Notes: generated from the sequence alone by a model not told the origin. Shown: positions 46,145 through 56,215, counted from the first letter of the stretch. The stretch is 64,000 nt of DNA from an uncultured Gammaproteobacteria bacterium (GCA_964596525.1 CAZQUL010000001.1:1212312-1276311), one strand, 5' to 3'. Numbers and translations are program-made.

Positions 46145-46954
46145 TTAATCAACATCCGGCGTCGTGGATGAAGTCGGGGGCGTAGTTTCCTTTTCTTTGG
46201 TTAAAACCATCGCAGCCATGAAGGCAAGAAACGCCAAACGCGGGATAAAGGAGAAGGCAAACCCAAAGAGACTAAGGACAACACCAAGGGCCACCGGCAG
46301 CGTAATAGCGTATAACCCGACCGTAAACAATTCGCCAAAGCGCCAGGAACGTTTAGCGAAGCGCGCAATGAGCCACGTAATAAAGGCGGTGAAAAGAATG
46401 ACGAGTAGATTAAAGACGAACGTGCCGATAAAAATTACAACGACCGTCATAACGAAAATCAGAGCAATCCCCTTAACACTCGTTATCCAGCGAAAGGCGC
46501 TTACAACCTGGTCGCGCGTCAGGGTTCCCGATGGGAACGAAGTGAATGATTCACGCTCTGTGCCGCCCGCAGGACTTCGCACCTCAAAACGGTCGGCTAA
46601 AACGCTAAGCGACGTACCATACCGCTCCATGCGCGTGGGCAACGTGGTCGTTGTTGAATCGACCAAAAAAGCAAAATCCTCTTCCGGCGATTCAAAAAGG
46701 AACGGCTGCTCAAGACCTGTTACGCTTAAACGCCCATCTGCAACCGTGGCCGAAAAGGCCGGAATGTCCGCTTCGATACTATCACGGAACAAACGCAAGG
46801 CCGGAATTACGGAGGCAAAAAGCAAACTCTCAAGGATCGTAATGACGGTGACCAGCGTAAGAAAATATCGCCAGGCACCGCGACGATTTGTACGAAGCGC
46901 CTTAAGCCATTCAAAATCGAAAAGGCTGTGGTAGAACGAAGAGAAAAAGGACAT
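46145..46954 (-). CDS. DUF1189-like membrane protein
   Basis: N-terminal MSFFSSFYHSLFDFEWLKAL and a C-terminal multi-TM region, as in DUF1189. Confidence 0.5.
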   Translation of the reverse strand: MSFFSSFYHSLFDFEWLKALRTNRRGAWRYFLTLVTVITILESLLFASVIPALRLFRDSIEADIPAFSATVADGRLSVTGLEQPFLFESPEEDFAFLVDSTTTTLPTRMERYGTSLSVLADRFEVRSPAGGTERESFTSFPSGTLTRDQVVSAFRWITSVKGIALIFVMTVVVIFIGTFVFNLLVILFTAFITWLIARFAKRSWRFGELFTVGLYAITLPVALGVVLSLFGFAFSFIPRLAFLAFMAAMVLTKEKETTPPTSSTTPDVD

Positions 46955-46993
46955 ATATAATAAAATTACGCGTTAACAAGACAGACCAAGTAA

Positions 46994-47146
46994 TTACTTG
47001 GTCTGTTTATGTTCCTGGTGATGACCGCAGTGCTTGCAGAATTTCTTTTTGATGAGACGTCCTTTGATTTTGGAGTTTTTGTGTTCAAAGTAATTGACGT
47101 GCTCGCACGTGGTGCATTCCAGGTTAGCGCGATTTTCAAGGGCCAT
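46994..47146 (-). CDS. rpmG: 50S ribosomal protein L33 (50 aa); not in the ORF track
   Basis: Reverse-strand translation MALENRANLECTTCEHVNYFEHKNSKIKGRLIKKKFCKHCGHHQEHKQTK shows the L33 zinc-ribbon CxxC...CxxC. Confidence 0.75.
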   Translation of the reverse strand: MALENRANLECTTCEHVNYFEHKNSKIKGRLIKKKFCKHCGHHQEHKQTK

Positions 47147-47168
47147 ACAAAATGTCTAAAGAGTTCAA

Positions 47169-47471
47169 CTAAACGATTTTGACCTCGGTAAAGCGCTGGC
47201 GCTGGCCATGCACTTTGTGGTAGCGGACTTTGCGTTTGAATTTCTCGACACGCACCGTGCGGTTCTTGCCCTGACGCACGATTTCAGCTTTGACCGGCGT
47301 GCTTACGTAGGGCTTACCGAACTTAACGTTACTGCCGTCATCATCGGCGGTCATGAGAACCTGATCAAACGTCACCGTAGTTCCGGCTTCACCGGCAATT
47401 TTTTCAATTTTGACAAGCTCACCGGTTTTGACCAGATATTGCTTACCACCCGTTGCGATAACCGCCAACAT
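47169..47471 (-). CDS. rplU: 50S ribosomal protein L21
   Basis: MLAVIATGGKQYLVKTGELVKIEKI... matches the L21 family. Confidence 0.85.
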   Translation of the reverse strand: MLAVIATGGKQYLVKTGELVKIEKIAGEAGTTVTFDQVLMTADDDGSNVKFGKPYVSTPVKAEIVRQGKNRTVRVEKFKRKVRYHKVHGQRQRFTEVKIV

Positions 47472-47585
47472 ACACAATACGAATAAATAAGAGAAATTTC
47501 CCCAAAAACATCTCGAAGGCCCGAGGTGCTGAGAAAAGGAGTCAGTTGAAATATGGGCTCATGGTAGCGCATTAAAAATCTTTTG

Positions 47586-48080
47586 TCAATGCACTGCTTT
47601 CTCCCCCATCCACACCTCTGTACCAATCCCCCACCCCTGCGCTTTAACCGTACCAGAAGGCACTTCAAGCACCATATCTACCGAACCAGGGCTATAATAG
47701 CGCTTTAAAGCCGCTTCAGCCGTATTGGGCTCCGGAGGTAAATTCGCCGAAACACCCGTTATTTTACCATCTTTTACCCAGATTATGTCCAACGGAAACA
47801 TCATGCGACGCATAACGAACGTACGCTCGGCAGGAGCCGGAAATATGAAAACCATACCCTCATACGGATCAAGCGAAGCACGATCGCTTAATCCTTGATA
47901 TGTTGCCTCAGGTGTATCAGCTACCATTACCGAAAGAGTCGAGGAACCCACGTTGAGCACGGCTTCATGCGCAATGATAGGGGCGAAGCTGCTTTTAAAA
48001 CGCAAAACTACAAAAACGCTCAAAACCACGATCACGACAACAAGCTGCCAATAGCGCTTCGCAAAATGCGTAAAATCCAT
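47586..48080 (-). CDS. DUF192 (COG1430) domain protein, membrane-anchored
   Basis: TM helix plus the conserved MVFIFPAP...PLDIIWVKDGKITGV core of DUF192. Confidence 0.55.
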   Translation of the reverse strand: MDFTHFAKRYWQLVVVIVVLSVFVVLRFKSSFAPIIAHEAVLNVGSSTLSVMVADTPEATYQGLSDRASLDPYEGMVFIFPAPAERTFVMRRMMFPLDIIWVKDGKITGVSANLPPEPNTAEAALKRYYSPGSVDMVLEVPSGTVKAQGWGIGTEVWMGEKAVH

Positions 48081-48099
48081 ACCTGATCCTTAAGCAAAG

Positions 48100-49167
48100 T
48101 TAGTATAAAGCCGTGCCCTTAGCCGACTGCTGGCGAAACCCGAGAATGATGCTTACCGCAATCATCGCGATGAAAGCACCCACCAGTACGAGAATTTTTC
48201 CTCTGGTCTGCAAAAACAGGGTTGTTATGCCCAGTCCGGTGGCGACAGCGTAAATCGTTATCACTACCTGACGTTCGGACCAACCATGGTCTAGCAAGCG
48301 GTAATGCAGGTGTTCGCGATCACCGGCAGTAACGGGACGATGACGCAGCAGTCGTACCACGAAAACACGTACCAGATCAAGGATGGGGATAGCCATAACG
48401 AGAAGTGCAGTGGCAACTTTGCCGCCGGAAATGACCGCCAAGACGCCGAGCATAAATCCAATAAACAAACTTCCTCCTTCACCCAAAAAAATGCGGGCTG
48501 GCTGGAAGTTGAACCACAAGAATCCCAAGCAAACACCCACGAAAACGGTAGCCAATACTGCAACTTCTGGCTGCCAGAAACGCATGGTTTGGGTAAGGAG
48601 AAGAATCATGGTGCCGCCAATCGCTGCCACACCGGTCGCAAGGCCGTCGAGGCCATCGAGGATTTTGGTAGTGTACATCATACCCATCAACCAAGCGATA
48701 ACAAAGACATCCCCAACAACGACAATGCGTTCCCCAAGGGCTGGGAGTCCGAGCGGCAGATCGAGCGGTAAAATGCCGCCGAGCGGATGCGTAATACTGC
48801 GCAGCGTGATGCCGCACCCAACCGCCACCACCGCAGCAACGAGCGTACCTACGAACCGGCTCGCTGGGGAACGCGGTTTGCAATCATCCAAAACACCAAT
48901 CATTATAAGCAAGAAGCTCGCAGCGGCTGCCCCCCAAAGCTGCAGGGTGGTAATCGTACGCGTATCGAGATGCTGCCACCAGGCAAGCACGCCGACAATA
49001 CCCCAAAAAGCCGCCCATAACGCTACGCCGCCCAAAAGCGGTACTGAGCGCCCGTGGCGTTTCCGCTCGTCGGGAATATCGAGCACGCCGTAGCGTAGGG
49101 CTAGAGCCCGCACACCCACCGTTGCCACAGCAGTAACTGTAACGCTAACCAAAAACAAAAGCGCCAT
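48100..49167 (-). CDS. MraY/WecA-family UDP-HexNAc:polyprenol-phosphate HexNAc-1-phosphate transferase (glycosyltransferase family 4)
   Basis: Multi-TM protein with the conserved DD motif (GVLDDCK) and the VFVGDxGSLxxG-like FLGEGGSLFIGF motif. Confidence 0.75.
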   Translation of the reverse strand: MALLFLVSVTVTAVATVGVRALALRYGVLDIPDERKRHGRSVPLLGGVALWAAFWGIVGVLAWWQHLDTRTITTLQLWGAAAASFLLIMIGVLDDCKPRSPASRFVGTLVAAVVAVGCGITLRSITHPLGGILPLDLPLGLPALGERIVVVGDVFVIAWLMGMMYTTKILDGLDGLATGVAAIGGTMILLLTQTMRFWQPEVAVLATVFVGVCLGFLWFNFQPARIFLGEGGSLFIGFMLGVLAVISGGKVATALLVMAIPILDLVRVFVVRLLRHRPVTAGDREHLHYRLLDHGWSERQVVITIYAVATGLGITTLFLQTRGKILVLVGAFIAMIAVSIILGFRQQSAKGTALY

Positions 49168-49169
49168 AT

Positions 49170-50843
49170 TTAGGAAGCGGTCGGAGACGGAGCGTCATCT
49201 GGACGATCAAGAGGAACCCAAACACCGAATTCACTCCCCTTGCCGATCCCTGCGCTCTTTGCCCACACGCGACCACCATGTGCCTCGGCGAACTTACCAA
49301 CCACATAGAGACCCAACCCAGTACCAGTTACGTTTACGCCGCGCACATTTTCACCGCGATAAAACTTCTGGAAAAAGTTGACCCGATCATTCTCCTCAAA
49401 ACCGACACCTTGGTCGACGACGCGCACAGCGACACCTTCGTCTTCTTTTTTAACGGTTACGGTAATGACACCCTGATCGCTGTACTTGATGGCATTATCA
49501 ACGAAATTGAAAATAATGTGGCGCATTTTTTCCTGATCAACTTTAGCCTCAATGAGTTCAGCGGGTTTCTTCCAATCGATTTTAAGCTTTTTACTGCGCA
49601 GCTTGCCGGATAGTTCGAGGACCACGCTCGTCACTAAAGCGCAGATGTCCGCGCGCTCAAAAACAAACTTGGTGCGACCTTGCTCGATGCGGGTGATATC
49701 CAGAAATTCGTCGACGAGCGTGACAAGACGATGGTTGGTTTCATCCATATTCATGAGCGCTTCTTTGATCTGCTGCTGAACCGTACCGTACGCCCCTTCT
49801 TCAAGAAGTTCGATATAGCCATTGAAAATAGAAAGCGGGGTGCGTAGCTGGTGCGAAGCAATGGAGAGGAACTCGTTTTTCTGACGATCGAGCTCTTCCA
49901 GTCGAACGTTGGCTTCGCGCAAATCAACATTGGCTTTTTGCAGCGATTCGGTAAGTTTGGCAAGTTCTTCTTTTTGCTGGACTTCTTTTTTGACACTGCG
50001 CACCAGTACCGCACCGATAGCGGCGACGATAGTGGCAAAAATAACTTTGTAAAAAATGGTGCCAGGCGAAGCGGAAAATAGCCCTTCAGCCACCAGGATG
50101 AGCACGAGAATACCGACGAGAAGTTCGGCAGCCAGGACTTTTATATCGAATAACTGATGCTTGAAAATCGCGTAGGCCGTAAACCCCATGAGTATGACCG
50201 ACGTAAGCGGCCCAAGAAAGACGGTGGCGGAATTCTTGAAAATAACAACCGAAAACAACGCGGAAACAACCATGAAAGTGAACGAAGAAATAACGCCAGC
50301 CAAAAAATAACGCAACTGGCGGCGTTCTTTGCCGGTAGAACGGCGGTATTTTCGAATAAGCGTAATGAAGCTGAGCAGGAATAGCCCCGGAAATGCAAGG
50401 AAGAAAATCGGCATACCAGGACCGGGCGTGGGGAGGGGTTGGCCATTGGGGTACTGCAGATCGGTAAAAATGAGGGGCGTAGTAGAAGCGTACACCGAAG
50501 CACTGCCGATTAGAAGAACGAGAACAAGATAGGCCGGCCGCAGAGAAAGTTTTTCCCCGGGAAATGCGCAGGTTAATAGAAAAAGTAAGGGTCCAAGAAG
50601 CGAGGTAATAACCATTACCGAACGGATCCAAAAGAACTGACTCTCCCCTGGCCCGCCTGGTGGGTGAAGCGAAATGAAATTGAACACGATGTAGGTATCA
50701 ATGGCCAGGCTGAGTAAAAAGAACAGCCGGTGCGTGGCGCTTTTGGGATTGCGGATAAATACCAGAAGACCAAAGTAGGTGGTAAGCAAGAACGTGGTAA
50801 CCCCTAAAATGATCTCGATATGGAAAAAAGAAAGTCCGTTCAT
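49170..50843 (-). CDS. Sensor histidine kinase with a multi-TM N-terminal sensor domain
   Basis: HisKA box ELDRQKNEFLSIASHQLRTPLS plus HATPase_c motifs (NAIKYS..., DQGVGF, GTGLGLYVV). Confidence 0.8.
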   Translation of the reverse strand: MNGLSFFHIEIILGVTTFLLTTYFGLLVFIRNPKSATHRLFFLLSLAIDTYIVFNFISLHPPGGPGESQFFWIRSVMVITSLLGPLLFLLTCAFPGEKLSLRPAYLVLVLLIGSASVYASTTPLIFTDLQYPNGQPLPTPGPGMPIFFLAFPGLFLLSFITLIRKYRRSTGKERRQLRYFLAGVISSFTFMVVSALFSVVIFKNSATVFLGPLTSVILMGFTAYAIFKHQLFDIKVLAAELLVGILVLILVAEGLFSASPGTIFYKVIFATIVAAIGAVLVRSVKKEVQQKEELAKLTESLQKANVDLREANVRLEELDRQKNEFLSIASHQLRTPLSIFNGYIELLEEGAYGTVQQQIKEALMNMDETNHRLVTLVDEFLDITRIEQGRTKFVFERADICALVTSVVLELSGKLRSKKLKIDWKKPAELIEAKVDQEKMRHIIFNFVDNAIKYSDQGVITVTVKKEDEGVAVRVVDQGVGFEENDRVNFFQKFYRGENVRGVNVTGTGLGLYVVGKFAEAHGGRVWAKSAGIGKGSEFGVWVPLDRPDDAPSPTAS

Positions 50844-50918
50844 ACGAAGGGCGGGTGGTAATGACTACGTTCCTAGTATATAAGAAAACCACGAAAAGAG
50901 CACGCTGCGCTTAAAGTA

Positions 50919-52142
50919 TTACCAGCGGGAAACGGATAACGAGCGTTTGTTGAAGAGTGCCCGCGCTGGATACTCGTAACCAAGGCGAAGGCGCGCAATG
51001 GTTTCGGCGGCCAAACCACCAGCTACGGCTACTGTAGAACCGAGCTGCGGAAACATGGTTTCTGACGGACGGGGCAACGAACCGTTTAATATTGCTCCAA
51101 GCTCATCGCGGCGATACGCGGTGCCGATAAGCGCATCTACGAATGCAAAAAAAGCGCTGCGATCACTCGGGTTTGCGAGTGCCGCTTCGCAGGTACGGTA
51201 GAGTACATCGTCAGCAGCCGCATGTGTCAGGGTAAGGGTCGGATCAAGATCAAATCGTCGCACATCAAGCTGGACCGCTGAGCCAATATCGGTAACCATA
51301 ATAAGAGGCAAGCGGCGTTCGCGGGCTTTAGCGCGCAAAAGGATTTTGATTCGCGGATCATCGATTTCATCAACCACTACCTGAACCTTAGGTTCGGTAG
51401 AGTTACCGCCCAGAAATCCATTTATAGCACGCTCGTCAACACCTTGCTCATAGGTGAAAATCTGCATAAATGGATCGATAGCTAAAAGCTGCTCTTTGAC
51501 AGTCGGGGCTTTGAAATTCGGCTCGAGATTATTCCACCCCGGAGCGATGAATTCAGCGTAACCGACGCGCACGCGGTTCATGTTCTCGAGTTTGTAGCGG
51601 CTGCGGTCGGCGATTTTGATGGCTCGCGGACGCAAATCCATAGCGAGCGCATGAATAACACTGCTCCCCACGCTGCAACCAGCTACAGCCACCACGGTCG
51701 AGGCAAGCGTTTCCTGAATTTTTTCCCACGACCAGGATTCGCATGCATGCTGATAAAGGCTGCCGGCCGTTGCGATGAGCGCTAAACGATGCCAACGTGC
51801 CGGAGCGTAGCGCACCACGTGGCGCCGCGTCGGGTAATAAGCCAGGACGCCATAGTGCATCGCAGCAGGAAACACCCGCTCGGCATGACGACGGTAATGC
51901 CGGTATTCAGCCTCAAACTCCTGACGGAGCGTACAACCGCTTTCGAGAATGGGTGAGGCCTCTGCGCGCACCAACCGTTCATTCAGGAGTTCCATGGTGT
52001 GGGGAAGCATGTCAAAACATGATTCGCGGCCAAATGTAATCCAGCCTTCAGGCAGTTTAAGCTCTGCGCCTTCAAATAAAAATCTGACAGCAGCGGAACT
52101 GTCGCGGCGACTCAGATCGAACAAACGGATATCAGTGTACAT
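50919..52142 (-). CDS. E1-like (ThiF/MoeB-family) adenylyltransferase-fold protein with an N-terminal extension of about 170 aa
   Basis: Rossmann motif VAVAGCSVGSSVIHALAMDLRPRAIKIADRSRYKLENMNRV resembles ThiF VxVxGxGGxGS...D.D...NLNRQ. Start set at MYTDIRLFD (ATG 52140-52142), overlapping the upstream gene's stop by 11 nt. Confidence 0.5.
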   Translation of the reverse strand: MYTDIRLFDLSRRDSSAAVRFLFEGAELKLPEGWITFGRESCFDMLPHTMELLNERLVRAEASPILESGCTLRQEFEAEYRHYRRHAERVFPAAMHYGVLAYYPTRRHVVRYAPARWHRLALIATAGSLYQHACESWSWEKIQETLASTVVAVAGCSVGSSVIHALAMDLRPRAIKIADRSRYKLENMNRVRVGYAEFIAPGWNNLEPNFKAPTVKEQLLAIDPFMQIFTYEQGVDERAINGFLGGNSTEPKVQVVVDEIDDPRIKILLRAKARERRLPLIMVTDIGSAVQLDVRRFDLDPTLTLTHAAADDVLYRTCEAALANPSDRSAFFAFVDALIGTAYRRDELGAILNGSLPRPSETMFPQLGSTVAVAGGLAAETIARLRLGYEYPARALFNKRSLSVSRW

Positions 52143-53262
52143 AACTAGGTGTAAATAATGAACGCGCAGCGCGGCCCATGAGCTGACGCCAGGCGCTGGC
52201 ATGACCCAATCGAAGCCGCGGACCATCAGCCACACGACGATCGACCAACTGGCGAACCAGATCGCCCGTTAAGGCTGAACGAGGCAGCACCCCTTCGTGA
52301 GCAAGAAACCGACCCATTCCGCGAATAAGCGGCAACACTTCATACGGATGGTCTTTTTGCCAAGCCATCAAGGAATCAAGTGTTGCCGCAGGTACAAACT
52401 CCTGAAGAGTCTGCAGGTCTAGATGGTCAGAGCGGATTAAATCAACAAGCAGCGCTAAAAGTTCGGGAATACAGAGAAAATACCCGGGGTAGTCATAGGT
52501 AATACCCGGACGGATAAGACGCACATCGCAAGCCCCGCACTGCAAAAAATCTTCGGCTAACGGAAAAGCTCTCCCCCACGCTTCGAGACCTTTCGTAGAT
52601 CGGGCCAAACGATGGAAGAGCTCATTGCGAAAAACCCCCGAAAGAACCGAGAAATTACTGCCGTAGGTACGCCAGAATACTTCGTTTATAGCCACAAAAG
52701 CAGCAGAGACAGCACCGGAGCGTATTTCAGAAATATCGAACGCATCCATATCCCCGACTAAGGGATGCGGCGGCGTAGCTGCAAAACGCGACAGTGAAAC
52801 AAGACGGGTCAAAACATCGCGGTGATGCAAAAAATCACCTTTCAATACCGAAACAAGTGGCGTGCCGGATAACGCAAACAACTCCAAGTCTTCAAGCGAT
52901 GGAGGATCGGTTTCTCCGGGAACGAACCGGAGCGTCACCCATTCCCTCAGCCAGACCGGAGATGTTCCGGCACGCGGCCATGGATACGTTATTTCAGCCA
53001 CATAAACCACCCCCCGTTCATCAAATTCGTCAACGAGCTCCAAAGAACCGTAATAGTGGCGGTAGGATTCGCGGGCGTGAACTACGGCGTGGCGCAGACG
53101 TTCGTCTACCCACTCGGATGTGTATAAAGGCTTGGCGAGAAAAATACGCAGGGTACGGGTCGCAACAGTGCAGGTTTCTAAGAGCGCGCTCGGCGGAAAG
53201 GAAACGTCGGAGGGAAACGCGCCGTCGCAACAAAATAAAAAAGGCTGCCCCACACGATACAC
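52132..53262 (-). CDS. Hypothetical protein (376 aa), translationally coupled to the E1-like gene
   Basis: Long ORF with host-like GC and no recognisable motifs beyond scattered His/Asp. Confidence 0.45.
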   Translation of the reverse strand: MYRVGQPFLFCCDGAFPSDVSFPPSALLETCTVATRTLRIFLAKPLYTSEWVDERLRHAVVHARESYRHYYGSLELVDEFDERGVVYVAEITYPWPRAGTSPVWLREWVTLRFVPGETDPPSLEDLELFALSGTPLVSVLKGDFLHHRDVLTRLVSLSRFAATPPHPLVGDMDAFDISEIRSGAVSAAFVAINEVFWRTYGSNFSVLSGVFRNELFHRLARSTKGLEAWGRAFPLAEDFLQCGACDVRLIRPGITYDYPGYFLCIPELLALLVDLIRSDHLDLQTLQEFVPAATLDSLMAWQKDHPYEVLPLIRGMGRFLAHEGVLPRSALTGDLVRQLVDRRVADGPRLRLGHASAWRQLMGRAARSLFTPSYVH

Positions 53263-53433
53263 AGAAAATGCGTAATCTTATATCAAGCACAATAAGCCGG
53301 GCTTCTACCTCCGTCAACACTATGACGAGGATTGTTATCCACATTAATGAACCGGGTTAGCCCAAACGGGTAGAGACCCTCCTCTTAATAAAGAGGATGT
53401 GCTATCATGGCATAATTATTTTATCTTTTCTGT

Positions 53434-55206
53434 ATGAAGCAATGGATTGTCCAACCTGCCCCCACACCTGAATTTCTCGCCCTGCACCCGGAATTACCAG
53501 AAATCGTCGCTCGTCTCCTCTACAACCGTAATCTACGCACCCCGGAAGCGATCGACGAATTTTTAAATCCCGACTATACGAGCGATCTGCACGACCCGTT
53601 TTTGTTCCGCGACATGAACCGCGCAATAGAACTTATTTTTGCAGCTATCAAAGATAATAAGCGCATCACCGTGCACGGCGACTACGACGCCGACGGAGTC
53701 TGTGCCTCGGCAGTCATCGTGAGCTGTCTCAAAAAATTCGGCCACACCAACATCGGCGTATTCCTCCCCCACCGCGAAACCGATGGTTACGGCCTGAATC
53801 AACGCACGGTTAAACTGCTTAAAGACGAAGGAACGAGTCTTATCATCACCTGCGACTGCGGCATCAGCAATGCCGAAGAAGTAAAGCTTGCCAAGGAGCT
53901 GGGCATGAACGTGATTATTACCGATCACCACACCATGCCAGCAGTATTTCCTCCGGCTGACGCGATTATTCACCCGCTCAAGCCCGACGAATCGTACCCA
54001 GATAAAGGGCTCGCGGGGGGCGGCGTGGCGTTTAAGCTCGTGCAGGCGCTCTTGCGCGAACACAAAAAAACCAACCTTCTTCTTCCCGACGGGCAAGACC
54101 ACGAAGCGTTCGAAAAATGGCTGCTCGATTTAGTATCGATCTCGACGGTTGGCGATATGGTGCCGCTTACTGGCGAATCGCGCACCATCGTGCGTTATGG
54201 CCTTACGGTACTCAACAAAACCCGCAACCTGGGACTTAAAAAACTCCTCTACGCCGCCGGTCTTGCCGACGAAGACGGTCGCTCCAAACGCGGTTCCTAT
54301 ACCACCCAGACCATCGGCTTTCATATCGCGCCGCGCATCAACGCCGCCGGACGCATGAAACATGCCAACGTGGCCTTTGAACTCCTCATGGCCGAAACCG
54401 AGGAAGAGGCGGAAAAACTTGCTTTCGAGCTCAATCAAAATAACGTCGACCGTCAAAAAGTCACTGAGGAAACAGTCGCCAAGGCCAAAGAATACCTCGC
54501 CGCCACGAACCAATTTAACGCACCAGTACTGTTTGCGCTTGGCGACGACTGGAGCGCCGGCATTCTCGGGATCGTTGCCGGACGCATCAAAGAAGAGTTC
54601 GCCAAGCCGACGTTCGTGATGACCAAACTCGGTACGACCGTTGTCGGCTCCGGACGCAGCATCAAGTCATTCAACATGGTGAAAAACCTGCAGGCTATGC
54701 CGGAACTGTTTCATAAATTCGGCGGCCATCCGCAGGCGTGCGGTTTTACCCTCGCCAAACCCGAAGTCTTTGAAGCGTTCAAGGAACGCATGCTCGCGGC
54801 AGCGGTCAACCTCGACGAAAAAGATCTTACACCGCAACTCATCATCGACGCAGAGCTCAATCTCGACGACGTGAACTGGAAGCTCTATGATGTACTGCAA
54901 AAATTCGAACCATTCGGCCAAGCCAATGAAGAGCCGCGCTATGTCGCTTATGGCGTTACCGTTGTGAGCATCGACTCGGTTGGGCAAGACGGTAAGCATC
55001 TTAGACTCCTTGTTAAGCACCACTCCGAAGTAACCAAGAAAACCATTGCCTTTGGTCTCGGCGATACCACGCGGCACGAAGAAAAATGGAAAGACGTGCT
55101 CACGCCGGGCACAAAAGTAGACATCGTGTTCACGGTCGGTGTCAACGAGTGGAACGGTAACCGGGAATTACAACTGATGATCGAGGACATCAAAAAATCG
55201 GCGTAA
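53434..55206 (+). CDS. recJ: Single-stranded-DNA-specific exonuclease RecJ
   Basis: DHH motif VHGDYDADGVCASAVI, DHHTMP and the DHHA1 region. Confidence 0.85.
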   Translation: MKQWIVQPAPTPEFLALHPELPEIVARLLYNRNLRTPEAIDEFLNPDYTSDLHDPFLFRDMNRAIELIFAAIKDNKRITVHGDYDADGVCASAVIVSCLKKFGHTNIGVFLPHRETDGYGLNQRTVKLLKDEGTSLIITCDCGISNAEEVKLAKELGMNVIITDHHTMPAVFPPADAIIHPLKPDESYPDKGLAGGGVAFKLVQALLREHKKTNLLLPDGQDHEAFEKWLLDLVSISTVGDMVPLTGESRTIVRYGLTVLNKTRNLGLKKLLYAAGLADEDGRSKRGSYTTQTIGFHIAPRINAAGRMKHANVAFELLMAETEEEAEKLAFELNQNNVDRQKVTEETVAKAKEYLAATNQFNAPVLFALGDDWSAGILGIVAGRIKEEFAKPTFVMTKLGTTVVGSGRSIKSFNMVKNLQAMPELFHKFGGHPQACGFTLAKPEVFEAFKERMLAAAVNLDEKDLTPQLIIDAELNLDDVNWKLYDVLQKFEPFGQANEEPRYVAYGVTVVSIDSVGQDGKHLRLLVKHHSEVTKKTIAFGLGDTTRHEEKWKDVLTPGTKVDIVFTVGVNEWNGNRELQLMIEDIKKSA

Positions 55207-55243
55207 TGCCGGTTTTTTGATGGTGATTATTCCGAATAATTTC

Positions 55244-55272
55244 TTGACGCTCGTTTTAGAGTAACATACTAT
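55244..55272 (+). promoter_or_regulatory. Sigma70-like promoter (-35 ttgacg, 17-nt spacer, -10 tactat)
   Basis: ttgacg(55244-55249) N17 tactat(55267-55272), about 37 nt upstream of ATG 55310. Confidence 0.4.
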
Positions 55273-55309
55273 ACCCAGGCTACGAGAAACAACTCAAGGA
55301 AAACTAACC

Positions 55310-55576
55310 ATGTTAAAGCCTGCCCCGCGCGCGCATTTTCGTGGAATGAGCGGAATCTTGTTGGTCGCCCTGGCTACCACCGACGTTTTAGGTTGCCCCG
55401 ATGACATAGACCACAAAGTCATCCAAGAGATACGGCCAGACGGACGAGCCAAAGTATTGCAAGAAGTCATCGAAGGCTCAGACGGCAGCCGTAATGCATG
55501 CGGGACGGCAACTAGCCCCCCATGTTACAATCCTTCGCACGGTCGGAATCCTGTTCCTCGAGATGACGTAGAATAA
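55310..55576 (+). CDS. Small hypothetical protein (88 aa), possibly secreted
   Basis: Preceded by a promoter-like element and an AGGAAA RBS-like stretch. No recognisable family. Confidence 0.35.
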   Translation: MLKPAPRAHFRGMSGILLVALATTDVLGCPDDIDHKVIQEIRPDGRAKVLQEVIEGSDGSRNACGTATSPPCYNPSHGRNPVPRDDVE

Positions 55577-55697
55577 AAAACCTATCTATTTTCTTGATAA
55601 ATAGCCAAACTCTTTCCCGCTTGGGGAACCCGCGCCTAATCTCACCCTTACTGCAAGCGTGAGATTTTTTCAATCCCGTATGTTAAGGCTGATAAAG

Positions 55698-56141
55698 CTA
55701 AACCTTGGAACGTCGGTCAACTAAAATAAGTAAGAAAGAAATCTTTGCCATAACAAACGAAGCGACGAGTGACAGGAACGGAATGGTAACGAATCCGAAC
55801 CATTGGAAAAAGCGTGTGGTGCATGAAATGCCCGCCGTACAAGGAGCGATGCTTTCAGGTAAAATATTGTAGTACAGCAAGTTATGATAGACCGCGATAA
55901 GGAATGCAATACTCGAGAGGGCAAACGTGTAGTACGGCAGCTTAGTATCACGGGCAGCGATACCGATCGGCACAAGGAGTACAAGCGGATAAAGAGCAAT
56001 GCGCTGATACCAGCACAAAACGCACGGAGCAAGTCCCATGACTTCGCTGAAATAAAGACTACCAGCCATAGCAGCAGCCGCAAAAATCCACAGAAGCCAC
56101 GTTATATCATGGCGGAATTTAGCGACAAAAGCGAGGATCAT
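55698..56141 (-). CDS. Disulfide bond formation protein B (DsbB/BdbC-like)
   Basis: Four TM helices with the Cys pairs LAPCVLCWYQR and PCTAGISC. Confidence 0.65.
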   Translation of the reverse strand: MILAFVAKFRHDITWLLWIFAAAAMAGSLYFSEVMGLAPCVLCWYQRIALYPLVLLVPIGIAARDTKLPYYTFALSSIAFLIAVYHNLLYYNILPESIAPCTAGISCTTRFFQWFGFVTIPFLSLVASFVMAKISFLLILVDRRSKV

Positions 56142-56215
56142 ACCAGAAAAATGTTTAAAAAACGTAAAACCGTGTATAGTATACCATCATACCCACATCC
56201 CCTGTCCATCTGCCT

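Noticed and set aside
48304-49093. Plus-strand ORFs antisense to the MraY/WecA-family transferase
   Set aside because: Contained within a clear multi-TM transferase gene on the other strand.
52132-53262. CD-NTase-like reading of the GS...DEFDE segment in the 376-aa partner protein, which would make the E1-like pair CBASS-like
   Set aside because: The spacing between GS and the acidic pair is about 5 residues, not the 9-13 required for the nucleotidyltransferase motif. No effector or cyclase features are evident by eye.
55186-55225. Weak hairpin with a T-run right after the recJ stop, as a terminator
   Set aside because: The stem is only 4 bp (cggc/gccg), too weak to call confidently.
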